Source: Candidatus Latescibacterota bacterium (GTDB taxonomy: Bacteria; Latescibacterota; UBA2968; UBA8231). Taken from it: a stretch of 64,000 bases of DNA. How positions within the stretch are numbered: position 1 is the stretch's first letter; every line of letters begins with the position of its first letter. Shown piece after piece: positions 27,828 through 36,807 of this stretch. The stretch is taken from positions 4,096,001 to 4,160,000 of the forward strand of contig OZ242005.1 in assembly GCA_965204725.1 (NCBI GenBank), in the 5' to 3' direction. The position numbers and the translations under genes were made by a program. The notes beneath the pieces are model-generated. The model saw nothing but the letters and a program-made list of their open reading frames with translations, did no database searches and was not told the origin of the DNA.

Positions 27828-29810
27828 ATGGCCCTGCGATTTGCCGAAGAGTTACTGCTGCTCATCCTCAACGAGGATCGCGGCGATCTCGCCTTTGTTC
27901 CCGAGCCGCATCTGAACCTCGCACTCGCCGGGGCCGTGCTCATGGACTTGGTCCTTGAAAATCGGATTGACACGGATCTCGAAAAGCTCGTTTTGGTCGA
28001 TTCTACGCCGGTTGAAGACGACCTTCTGGACCCCACGCTGGCCGACATCGCACAAAACGCGGAAACGCACAATGCCGAATACTATGTGCGCCGCATCGCG
28101 CAAAACGGCGAGCAGATTCGCAACCTCGCGCTCGCTCGCCTGCTGAAAACCGGCATTCTGGCCTCTGCCGAGGAAGGGGCCATCGCTCTGGCGCGTGGGG
28201 TGGCGCGTTCCCGCCGCTATCCCATTGTCGAAGGCAAAGCCGTACAGGAAGTGCAACTGCGGATCATGCGCGTTCTGTTCAGCGACGACATACCCGACCC
28301 CCGCGACATCGTGCTCATCTGCTTGGCCGACGCCTGTGGCATATTCGAGAAAATCCTGTCGAAAGAAGAGTTGCAGGAGGCAAGCGAGCGCATCAATACC
28401 GTTTCGCGGCTGGATTTGATCGGGCGGGCCATCGCCGAGGCGGTGCGCGAATCCGCCCAAGCGTTGACCGCTCCGAGCGCAGTGGTCGCGCCCAAGCAGA
28501 TACCCATGGTCAAGGGATTGCCCATATTCGGCAGCGCACGGGAAGCCGCCAAGGACATCCGCGCCTTTCTGACGAAACAGTACTTGGAACTGGGGCCGGT
28601 GTTTGAAATCCGGATCCTCAATCAGAAGATACTGGTTCTCGCCGGCTCGGAAGCCAATCAGTTCGTCAATCGGAAGGGACGGTTCTTTTTTCGATCGTAC
28701 GAGCCTTATCGAGGGCTTAGCGATGGGCTTGACGCGTCTCGGATGATCCTCAACATGGATGGGCCGGAACACGTGCGATACCGTCAGGCTTTCGCCCCTG
28801 CCTTCTCGCGGGCGCGGCTCCAGAATCATCTCGACATCGCCAGCGACATTGCTCGGGGCCAAGTCAGGGCCTGGCCGCTCGATCAACCTATCCGGCCGCT
28901 CCATGCTTTACAACACATCATCGCCGATCAGATGGGCACGATTTTGTCCGGCACACCTGCGAGCACCTATTTGGAAGATTTGGTCTTCCTGCTCGAAACG
29001 TTGCTGAAGACCACGCTGTCGCAGCTTCCCATGTTTTTGTTCAGGCGCAGATTCAGGAAAGCGCGCCAGCGGCTCAAAGAACTGGCTCAAGAGACGCTGA
29101 AGGCCCATGAGCCCGGAGGGCCGCGTTGCGATGCCGGCGACTTGGTAAACGACATAATTGACCTCCACCGCTCGGACCCACAGTTCCTGCCCGAGACCGA
29201 CCTGATGGCTGTGGTGCTGGCCCCCTATCTGGTGGGTATTGAGACCGTCGCCACCACCTGCGCGTTCACGCTCTATGCCAGCCTCAAGCACCCGGATTTG
29301 CTGGCGCGGATGACGGCCGAGGCCGACGCTCTGTTCGCCGCGGGGGAGCATCCGACCGCAGAAAGTCTGCGCCAGCTCGACGTCACCCACCGGGTGGTGT
29401 TGGAATCGCTGCGGATGTATCCGGCCGCGCCCACCGTTTTCCGTACCGTATCAAACTCATTCGATTTTGCCGGCTACCACATTCCCGCTGGCCGGCTGCT
29501 GTTCGTGGCCACGACGGTGACGCATCGCTTGCCGGAGTATTTTCCCGATCCAGACCGCTTTGACATTAACCGCTACTTGCCCGAGCGCGCCGAGCACAGG
29601 CAGCCCAACGCCTATGTGCCTTTCGGCGTGGGCACCCACCGGTGTTTGGGGGCCAGTTTTGCCGAGATGCAGACCTTGCTAACGCTGGCGGCCATCCTGC
29701 GCGAGGCCGAGCTCGTCCTAGACCCGCCCGGTTACGAACTGAAAATGACGAATGTGCCGACGCCGCGGCCAGCAAAGAGCTTCAAGTTCAAGGTGGCGAG
29801 ACGGCGATAG
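27828..29810 (+). CDS. GOLPH3/GPP34 domain fused to cytochrome P450
   Basis: N-terminal FAEELLLLIL..LAGAVLMDLVLENRI (GPP34-like, about 205 aa); P450 motifs GIET, ESLR, PDRF, FGVGTHRCLG. Confidence 0.85.
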   Translation: MALRFAEELLLLILNEDRGDLAFVPEPHLNLALAGAVLMDLVLENRIDTDLEKLVLVDSTPVEDDLLDPTLADIAQNAETHNAEYYVRRIAQNGEQIRNLALARLLKTGILASAEEGAIALARGVARSRRYPIVEGKAVQEVQLRIMRVLFSDDIPDPRDIVLICLADACGIFEKILSKEELQEASERINTVSRLDLIGRAIAEAVRESAQALTAPSAVVAPKQIPMVKGLPIFGSAREAAKDIRAFLTKQYLELGPVFEIRILNQKILVLAGSEANQFVNRKGRFFFRSYEPYRGLSDGLDASRMILNMDGPEHVRYRQAFAPAFSRARLQNHLDIASDIARGQVRAWPLDQPIRPLHALQHIIADQMGTILSGTPASTYLEDLVFLLETLLKTTLSQLPMFLFRRRFRKARQRLKELAQETLKAHEPGGPRCDAGDLVNDIIDLHRSDPQFLPETDLMAVVLAPYLVGIETVATTCAFTLYASLKHPDLLARMTAEADALFAAGEHPTAESLRQLDVTHRVVLESLRMYPAAPTVFRTVSNSFDFAGYHIPAGRLLFVATTVTHRLPEYFPDPDRFDINRYLPERAEHRQPNAYVPFGVGTHRCLGASFAEMQTLLTLAAILREAELVLDPPGYELKMTNVPTPRPAKSFKFKVARRR

Positions 29811-29860
29811 CCCTAACGACAAGAGAGTTTTCACACCACTTCAACAGCGGATCAAAAGAG

Positions 29861-30745
29861 ATGAGACTGACAGCAGAGCAGATCGCAGAATTCAACACCC
29901 GCGGCGTCATCATCGCCCGGGCGGCGCTTACCCACGACGACTTGCAGCCGGCAATCGACGAGCTGTCGGCGTGGATCGACGAGCGGGCGCGGACGCTGCA
30001 CGCGGCGGGCGAAATAGCGGACCTGCACGAGGACGCCCCGTTTGCCACGCGCTACGGCTTGTTGTTCAAACAGTGCCCTGAGATCGGGCGCGGAATGGAC
30101 ATCATGCACTATCGGGGGCGGGCGATGTTCGAGTTATTGCTCAACGAAAACCTGCTCGACCTCCTCGAATCGCTCTTGGGTCCCGAACTGACCTGCAACC
30201 CCATTCAGCACCTGCGAGCCAAACCGCCGCAAGCCTACGAAAACCGCGAAGGCCCCTCTTTCCACAATGCGCCTTGGCACCAAGACGCCGGCGTGATGAT
30301 GCCCGAAGCCGAAGGCTCTGACGTGGTCACCTGCTGGCTGCCTTTGGCCGAAGCCACGGTAGAGACCGGCTGCATGGAGGTCTTGCCCGGGCTCGTCGAA
30401 ACCGGCTATCTCCGGCATTTGGCGGCCGGCGGCACCACCATTGCCCCCGAGGCCATGCCCCAAACTGAATCCATCCCCTTGGAATGCAGGCGCGGCGACG
30501 TGGTGCTCATGAGCCGCTTTACGCCTCATCGCTCCACCCCCAATTACTCCGATCAATGCCGTTGGTCGCTCGACCTGCGCTACCAGCCCACCGGCCAACC
30601 CACCGGCCGCACCGGCCACCCCGACTTCGTCGCCCGCTCCCGCCGCAACCCATCCAGCGAACTGACCGACCACGCCGAATGGTGCCGCTTGTGGATCGAC
30701 GCCTTTGAAAACCCACGCGGCGTTGTCGCGCACCGGGGGGAATAG
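29861..30745 (+). CDS. PhyH-family Fe(II)/2OG dioxygenase
   Basis: PWHQD, GCMEVLPG, GDVV..TPHRS..N...RWSLDLRY. Confidence 0.88.
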   Translation: MRLTAEQIAEFNTRGVIIARAALTHDDLQPAIDELSAWIDERARTLHAAGEIADLHEDAPFATRYGLLFKQCPEIGRGMDIMHYRGRAMFELLLNENLLDLLESLLGPELTCNPIQHLRAKPPQAYENREGPSFHNAPWHQDAGVMMPEAEGSDVVTCWLPLAEATVETGCMEVLPGLVETGYLRHLAAGGTTIAPEAMPQTESIPLECRRGDVVLMSRFTPHRSTPNYSDQCRWSLDLRYQPTGQPTGRTGHPDFVARSRRNPSSELTDHAEWCRLWIDAFENPRGVVAHRGE

Positions 30746-30892
30746 GTTTCCGCCTCGCTCAAAAATTGCCGAAATTATGTCGAGTTTATTGGCTAGCCGC
30801 ATAATTATTGTTCATACTATTTATCAATAAAGCCTACGAACTCTCGCCATTTGGCCTTGACGACGCGCCAGCGTAAACCAAGGAGCAAAGTT

Positions 30893-31108
30893 ATGTCGCT
30901 ACCCAGTGGCAAAGACCTCGAACAACGTTACCGGCCTTTCTTTGAGAACAAAGCGATCCAAGATGTGGGCGATGCCCGCACTCCAAATGACGCCAAACCA
31001 GTCAATGAAGAAGCCATCCTCAAGTTTGTTCAGGATTCCGATGCTGCCCATGCCCAGTATGTGCGCTCGGCCTTTCAGCGGGTTGAAGAGTTGGATCAGG
31101 CGGACTGA
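30893..31108 (+). CDS. Small hypothetical protein
   Basis: AAGGAG RBS, 71 aa, first gene of a lower-GC islet. Confidence 0.55.
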   Translation: MSLPSGKDLEQRYRPFFENKAIQDVGDARTPNDAKPVNEEAILKFVQDSDAAHAQYVRSAFQRVEELDQAD

Positions 31109-31146
31109 GCCGCGCATCCCAAACTCTGATCCGCAAAGGCGAGGTA

Positions 31147-31635
31147 ATGGCACTTACATGTTACCAAGAGAAAATTGCTAGGCGACAGAACTTGCTGGAA
31201 TTGACCTTTTCTGGTCTTCGAGAGCATTTAGGTTCGGATTTCGAGCACATCGAACTCAACAGAGCCGTTTTGCATAATGTGGTCCAAAGCTATTTCCACG
31301 ATGTAAATCGCCATAAGGATTTTCACGGGACCGAACGCGTCGACGAGATCAAGCAAGCGGCTTATACGATGAAATGGATCGCGAAACTTCGGCCGGTCCA
31401 GTTCAGTTGTCCAGAAGATGTTGTGAGCAAACCCATCCTATACGTCAATGAGGTATTCGCCATGCGAGGGGGGATGGCCTTCATGAAAATTTCCCCCGAC
31501 ATACTGCCTGAGCCACTTTACGACGACATGCTCTATACGTTGCGCTATCGGTCCGTAGATGAGCGAATCCTTTTCGCATGGTTGGCAACACTTCAATATG
31601 CCCTTGATGGCGATATTCCTCGTACCGAAAAATAA
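31147..31635 (+). CDS. Hypothetical all-helical protein
   Basis: GAGGT RBS; YFHDVNRHKDFH, KQAAYTMKWIAKLRP, VNEVFA look like conserved motifs; lower GC. Confidence 0.7.
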   Translation: MALTCYQEKIARRQNLLELTFSGLREHLGSDFEHIELNRAVLHNVVQSYFHDVNRHKDFHGTERVDEIKQAAYTMKWIAKLRPVQFSCPEDVVSKPILYVNEVFAMRGGMAFMKISPDILPEPLYDDMLYTLRYRSVDERILFAWLATLQYALDGDIPRTEK

Positions 31636-31665
31636 AAGCTAACGCATCACCACAGCCGTAAACCA

Positions 31666-32415
31666 TTGTCAGAACAAGTCCAACGCAAAGGGCCGAGAGC
31701 ACATAGCCCGCTTTCGGTTATCAGCCTGTTTTTCGGCTTGGTCGAGATCGGTCTTGCATATAGTTCCGGCGTTTCTTCCGGCACCGTTCAGGTCGCAGTA
31801 TTGATCTTCATGGCATTGTTTGCCGTTGGCATCGCAGGGACTTTCTTTACGTTTCTGTGGAAACGCAACTGGGTTTTCTATCCCCCCTCGGATTTTCCAA
31901 GCGCATCTGTTGAAAGCTATGTGGCGGCGATGCGTGGGGGAACTGACCTGAATCTCAGCCGACTGACTGATAGCGTTGGGCTGGTCTTCGATGACGATTC
32001 CTTGTCTGAAAAGCTAAACCATGCAGTGATGCTTCCCGATACAGAGCGTGGGGAGGCCATCAGGCAGATTGTTGAGGAACTTCGCGGGAACGCCGTTGAA
32101 GAAATAAAGGCGTCCGCTCTCCGTTTCGATGCCAGACCGTTGATGGGTGATGATGCCCCGATGTGGGAGGAAATCTACAACGAGGATACCCCCGTAGATG
32201 TCTGGCTAAACCGCGCGGCGTGGCGGCTAGAGCCTTTCCCTCCATATCCCTACGGCACAATCTGGCTCCTCAAAGACGCTTCGTCGGACAAAATTTACGA
32301 CGATATAGGAGCTGCTTGGGCGAAACAACGAGGAATAGCGAAGGATAATCGTCCCCTTAGTGAAGTGGGTATTAGGGGCGGTATGAACTTTGAAGTGATT
32401 GAGAAACGGGCGTGA
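31666..32415 (+). CDS. Two-TM membrane protein with possible C-terminal ubiquitin-like domain
   Basis: PLSVISLFF..TM..TM..FYPPSDF N-terminus; C-terminus DNRPLSEVGIRGGMNFEVI. Confidence 0.6.
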   Translation: MSEQVQRKGPRAHSPLSVISLFFGLVEIGLAYSSGVSSGTVQVAVLIFMALFAVGIAGTFFTFLWKRNWVFYPPSDFPSASVESYVAAMRGGTDLNLSRLTDSVGLVFDDDSLSEKLNHAVMLPDTERGEAIRQIVEELRGNAVEEIKASALRFDARPLMGDDAPMWEEIYNEDTPVDVWLNRAAWRLEPFPPYPYGTIWLLKDASSDKIYDDIGAAWAKQRGIAKDNRPLSEVGIRGGMNFEVIEKRA

Positions 32416-32521
32416 CGATCAGTGCCGCCTCGGTTGACCAAGCAGGCGGTAATCTTGTTAATTCCCTGCCCTGCTGGCACTACAGCACAACGGTCGTCAA
32501 AACCAACCAAACGGGGGCAAC

Positions 32522-34462
32522 ATGGACCTAGACGCACTGCTGAGCGATGTGGACCTAGACGAAATGCTGCGCCTCTACGACGAGGCGGCTGAAGAGCTGA
32601 TGCAAGTCGCCATCAGCGACGGGCACTTTGCCGACCGCGATCCAAGCGAGATCATCTGGCCGGTGGGCGGCGACCTCGACGCGCTCACGCGCCGCGCCGA
32701 CCTGATCGGCACCATTCACGAGGGCATCCCCCCGCTCCGCGACAAGCGCCTGCAAGAGGCGTACGACCACTACGAGCGCGTCGGCCCCGCCTATCACCAA
32801 GCGAACCGTCTCTACCTAGCAACGCGCGAGCTCTTCGTCGAGCGCGGGCGCGGCGACGCACTCGATTTCCACGCGCTCTACCAATCGGTCTATCTACACG
32901 CCCTAGGCCGCGACAACCCCTACACCCTTGACGAAGGAGAAGCCGCCCTCGTCAAGCTGCGGGTCGCCCGCGTACCGCTGTCTCACGCCCACGCCGTCGC
33001 CGAAAAGCTGCAAGCCGGTGCTGAGCAAAAAGAGCCTGCGGCCGACTCGGCCGACGATCCGCGCTTGGCCGAGCATTATGCCTGCGAGATCAACGGGGAT
33101 CACCACGCCGGGACGTTGCGCGACCTGCTCAGCGAGGTTGCCGAGCGCGTCGTCGATTACCTCGCCGCTGGCGAGCACCTCGCCATCCGCTTCAACGCCT
33201 ATAGCAACTTTATCTATCTCGGGATATCGGTGTGGAAGGCCATCACGGACGCCGATTTGCTCTTGGCCCGCCTTGAGGGGCGGGTGCGCCCCCAATGGCA
33301 TCAAAAGCTGTGCAAGTTGGTCCTGCTCGGTAAGGGCATGTTACTCAAGTTCCTCCAAGCCCACTCCGAAGACCCCGCCCAAATCAAGCCGCGGGAATTT
33401 TGGTACGGCCAAGAGTATAGCTACCTGACCCGCGACATGATTGACCTGACGCGCCGCTTAGTCGGCTACGTCAACCGACTAGCGGGCCGAGTGCCGGGGG
33501 AAGTCGATCCGGTGGTCCTGCCCCCACTGCTCAATAGCAAGGCCAAAGGGCGCTTTCTCGAATACCAGCACGTCGGGCGACGCCAGACCCTCGGCCCATG
33601 GCGTCGCCGAGCGCGCCTGTTGCGGTGGGCTTTGCTCTATTACCGCACCGGGCGCAAAAAAATGAGCCTCTTAGCGGAGCAGCTCCCAGAAGCGGACCGC
33701 CTCAAAGCGGCCAGCGCACAAAGCGGCGAATGGGGGCGGAAGTCGCTGGACATTTTCGACATTGAACTGACCATCAGTGCCGATCCGCTCTTCGCCGCTA
33801 CCGCCCGCGACCTCGACCTCGCCAATAAGCAGGCGAAGGTTCTTTTTCTTCCCACTCACCGCAGCCTCTTTGACCATCCGGTGATGAGCAGCCTGCTCCA
33901 CGACCCCCGCTTTCTCGAGCTGATGGGCTGGCGCGAACCTCCCACGCCTGTGATTCTCGCCCGCGCCCGCCTCACCGCACCCGCAACCCTGCGCATTGGT
34001 GGCCGCTCTTTTTCCCTGATTGGCTTTACCACTGAGGAAGTAGATACCATGATGGAGGCCGTTGACGGGCACGTCATTATGACCCGCTCGGCCGACACGA
34101 GCAACCCCACGCGCCGCTTTGCCAAACTCCTCGCAGAGCGGCCGGGCATCGTCTATGGCGAGGGCACCACCGCCGCCTTTGAGCATCAGTGCCTACCCAT
34201 GCAGCACGCGCTCTTTGCGTACCTACCGCCCGACGTGATCATCGTGCCGCTGGCTTTGCGCGGCATCCACTCGCTGTGGCCCAAGTGCCCTCGCGGCAAC
34301 CTCGACATCGGCAGCGGCCGGGTCGAAGTGGTGGTCTGCCCACCAATGCTCGGCGAAACCACGCTCCTGCCGCGCAAGCGCGCCCTGCGGACGCAGCTAG
34401 AGCCGGCTACGCTCTTTCAAGCCGTACACATCGCACGGCTTTTTAATCCAGAGCCGGGCTAG
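32522..34462 (+). CDS. Large protein with C-terminal lysophospholipid acyltransferase (PlsC-like) domain
   Basis: FLPTHRSLFD (HxxxxD), YGEGT, IVPLALRG; unknown helical N-terminal region of about 400 aa. Confidence 0.7.
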   Translation: MDLDALLSDVDLDEMLRLYDEAAEELMQVAISDGHFADRDPSEIIWPVGGDLDALTRRADLIGTIHEGIPPLRDKRLQEAYDHYERVGPAYHQANRLYLATRELFVERGRGDALDFHALYQSVYLHALGRDNPYTLDEGEAALVKLRVARVPLSHAHAVAEKLQAGAEQKEPAADSADDPRLAEHYACEINGDHHAGTLRDLLSEVAERVVDYLAAGEHLAIRFNAYSNFIYLGISVWKAITDADLLLARLEGRVRPQWHQKLCKLVLLGKGMLLKFLQAHSEDPAQIKPREFWYGQEYSYLTRDMIDLTRRLVGYVNRLAGRVPGEVDPVVLPPLLNSKAKGRFLEYQHVGRRQTLGPWRRRARLLRWALLYYRTGRKKMSLLAEQLPEADRLKAASAQSGEWGRKSLDIFDIELTISADPLFAATARDLDLANKQAKVLFLPTHRSLFDHPVMSSLLHDPRFLELMGWREPPTPVILARARLTAPATLRIGGRSFSLIGFTTEEVDTMMEAVDGHVIMTRSADTSNPTRRFAKLLAERPGIVYGEGTTAAFEHQCLPMQHALFAYLPPDVIIVPLALRGIHSLWPKCPRGNLDIGSGRVEVVVCPPMLGETTLLPRKRALRTQLEPATLFQAVHIARLFNPEPG

Positions 34463-34501
34463 GATGAGAACAAGGAAATCGTGCCGTGCTCCGAACCAAC
34501 G

Positions 34502-34648
34502 CTCGCCTTTTGGTGGATTGGGACCCACCAGCAGCAGGGCCGGGCGTGTCTGACGATCACTCAACTGCCCCGCCTGACGGTCTTGGACCCGCGCTCCCTC
34601 AGCCAAGAGCAGCTAGCCCAAGCCGAGGCGATATTTGAGCGATTCAAC
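34502..34648 (+). pseudogene. Internal fragment resembling the C-terminal part of large type IIG-like RM/methyltransferase proteins
   Basis: LAFWWIGTHQQQGRACLTITQLPRLTVLDPRSLSQEQLAQAEAIFERF; family recognised from memory only; no RBS or start context. Confidence 0.4.
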
Positions 34649-34683
34649 TATAGCAAATACCAAAAGCCGAAAGGAATCAGGCG

Positions 34684-36045
34684 ATGCAATCTGCCAAATT
34701 TGTTTTCAAAAAAATCGGCCCGATAAAAGAGGCTGAACTGGAATTAGGCGACATCACGATCATTGCCGGGCGCAATAATACCGGCAAGACGTATCTGGCG
34801 TACACGCTCTACGGCTTTCTGAAACAGTGGAATTGGAAAATGTGGAATATGTCGTCGGAAATAAAAAAAATAATCGAAGAATTGATAGAGAAGGGTCGCT
34901 TCAAGCGCACCGTAGATAGAGAAACGCTCGGTCAAGAGCGAAAAAAAATAATCCGCGGCTTGACCCGTTCCTTCTCGCAAGAAAAGTTGGCCGGTGCGTT
35001 CAGTTCGCCAAGCAGTACTTTCCCGGGATCTTCTATTGAAGTCGAACTTCCCGGTGAATTTCCCAAAGACGTACAGACTGACATCTCTCTCCAAACGGAT
35101 GGCTTCCTTTCAATCCAATACGATGGAACTGATATTATCATAACAAGAAAAAACATAAAGTGGTCTTATCACATTTCTGAGTTACTCTCGTATCATTACT
35201 GCCAGTTTCTGTTTCCAGAACTGCCTTTTGATCCATTCATTCTTTCCGCCGAACGCTTTGGTATTTCGCTTTTCTACAGAGAACTCGATTTTAACAAGAA
35301 CCAATTGGTAGATTATTTGCAGAAAATGGGCGACGATAAAGATAGAGGTGGCATTTCTCCATATATCCTCATAGACAAAACGACCAGCCGCTACGCGCTT
35401 CCCATAAAAGACAACATTGACTACACCAGAGACATACCCATTCTGAAAGGAGATAGAAGCGAGCTTTACGACGACAAATTGTTTGATCAAATCAAGGACA
35501 TGATGGAGGGCTATTATAGCAGTTCCAGCGACGGTATCGCATTTATCTCCAAGCGCAAAGGACGCAGCTTTAATCTACCGTTGCACATCGCGTCCTCCTC
35601 AGCACGTGGACTGTCCGACTTGTATTTCTACCTGCGTCACGCAGCAAAAGAAAATCAACTCGTCATCATCGACGAGCCAGAGAGCCATCTCGATACGGCC
35701 AACCAAATACTACTGGCGAGATTGTTGGCGCGGATGATACAGTCTAACCTGAAGGTTCTGATAACCACCCACAGCGACTACATCATCAAGGAAATCAACA
35801 ATCTCATTATGCTCAGTAGGCCATTTAAGGAAAAAAAGAAGGTCATTCAGGATCTGGGGTACAAAAAAGACGATGTTATCAGACCAGATTCAGTCCGGGC
35901 GTATGTCGCAGAGGGGGACAGCTTGACCAAGTGTGGAATTGATGAATTTGGTATCGACATGCCCGTCTTTGACAAAACTATTGATAAAATCAATCGGACT
36001 TCAAATGAACTTGCCTCGCGTCTCATAGAAGAAAGAGATGCGTAA
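34684..36045 (+). CDS. ABC-type ATPase (AAA_15/AAA_21, AriA/PtuA/OLD-like)
   Basis: GPIKEAEL, Walker A GRNNTGKT, SSSARGL, Walker B IIDEPESHLD, H-loop ITTHSD; low GC. Confidence 0.85.
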   Translation: MQSAKFVFKKIGPIKEAELELGDITIIAGRNNTGKTYLAYTLYGFLKQWNWKMWNMSSEIKKIIEELIEKGRFKRTVDRETLGQERKKIIRGLTRSFSQEKLAGAFSSPSSTFPGSSIEVELPGEFPKDVQTDISLQTDGFLSIQYDGTDIIITRKNIKWSYHISELLSYHYCQFLFPELPFDPFILSAERFGISLFYRELDFNKNQLVDYLQKMGDDKDRGGISPYILIDKTTSRYALPIKDNIDYTRDIPILKGDRSELYDDKLFDQIKDMMEGYYSSSSDGIAFISKRKGRSFNLPLHIASSSARGLSDLYFYLRHAAKENQLVIIDEPESHLDTANQILLARLLARMIQSNLKVLITTHSDYIIKEINNLIMLSRPFKEKKKVIQDLGYKKDDVIRPDSVRAYVAEGDSLTKCGIDEFGIDMPVFDKTIDKINRTSNELASRLIEERDA

Positions 36046-36610
36046 AATGGCGATAAATTCGGTATTGGAAAGAGTTCTGCAAGAAGATGTTGTGGAGACA
36101 TCAAGTAAGGATAAAACCATCACCCTTCAGGAAAGGAATGAGAATGTCGATATGGAAGTGGAAATAGTTACACAGTCCGCGTCCGTCATCGCGATACGAA
36201 TGAGTGCTAGGAGTCACTTATCAACTATGCAAGATGGTCCGTGGAAGCAGGTATGTGACTACCTGTTAGTCGTTGAATCAGCCAATGAAATTCACGCCGT
36301 TTTCATTGAACTGAAGAGAACTCTTACAAAAGAGGAAAAGCCAAGAGAACAACTACGGCGATCCCCACCATTTTTGGAGTATCTTCTTTCCGTCTGCAAA
36401 ATTGAGAATAATAGCATTAAAACAACGCGAATAAACACCAACTATTTCATTATAGGGGAAAAATTGAACGAAAATATCGACAAGGAGTCGGTGAGAATCA
36501 ATCCTAATAGAATGATTGAAAAGGAGCAGTACAAGGAGATCGAAATTGCGACATCGACCAAGAAAAGGTTCACGCTTAGTGAATTGACAAACCCAAATGA
36601 GGTAGCATGA
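36038..36610 (+). CDS. Putative PD-(D/E)XK nuclease partner of the ATPase
   Basis: CDYLLV...VFIELK...EQL motif; overlaps the ATPase stop; low GC. Confidence 0.6.
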   Translation: MRKMAINSVLERVLQEDVVETSSKDKTITLQERNENVDMEVEIVTQSASVIAIRMSARSHLSTMQDGPWKQVCDYLLVVESANEIHAVFIELKRTLTKEEKPREQLRRSPPFLEYLLSVCKIENNSIKTTRINTNYFIIGEKLNENIDKESVRINPNRMIEKEQYKEIEIATSTKKRFTLSELTNPNEVA

Positions 36611-36807
36611 TGAAAACTGTACCAGACCCGGGATTAGAGCTTACCTCTCCTAGTGGCACGGCAGCTTCAGGGTATCACCTGTCGGAGTCGTTGGATTGGT
36701 CGAGCCTGTCAACGCAGATGAAAAACCGAGTAGTTCTCGTTCCCGTCCATACGCAAACACTGACGATCCTCGAATGTATTCACCCGTTGAGCGCAGGGAC
36801 TAACGGG

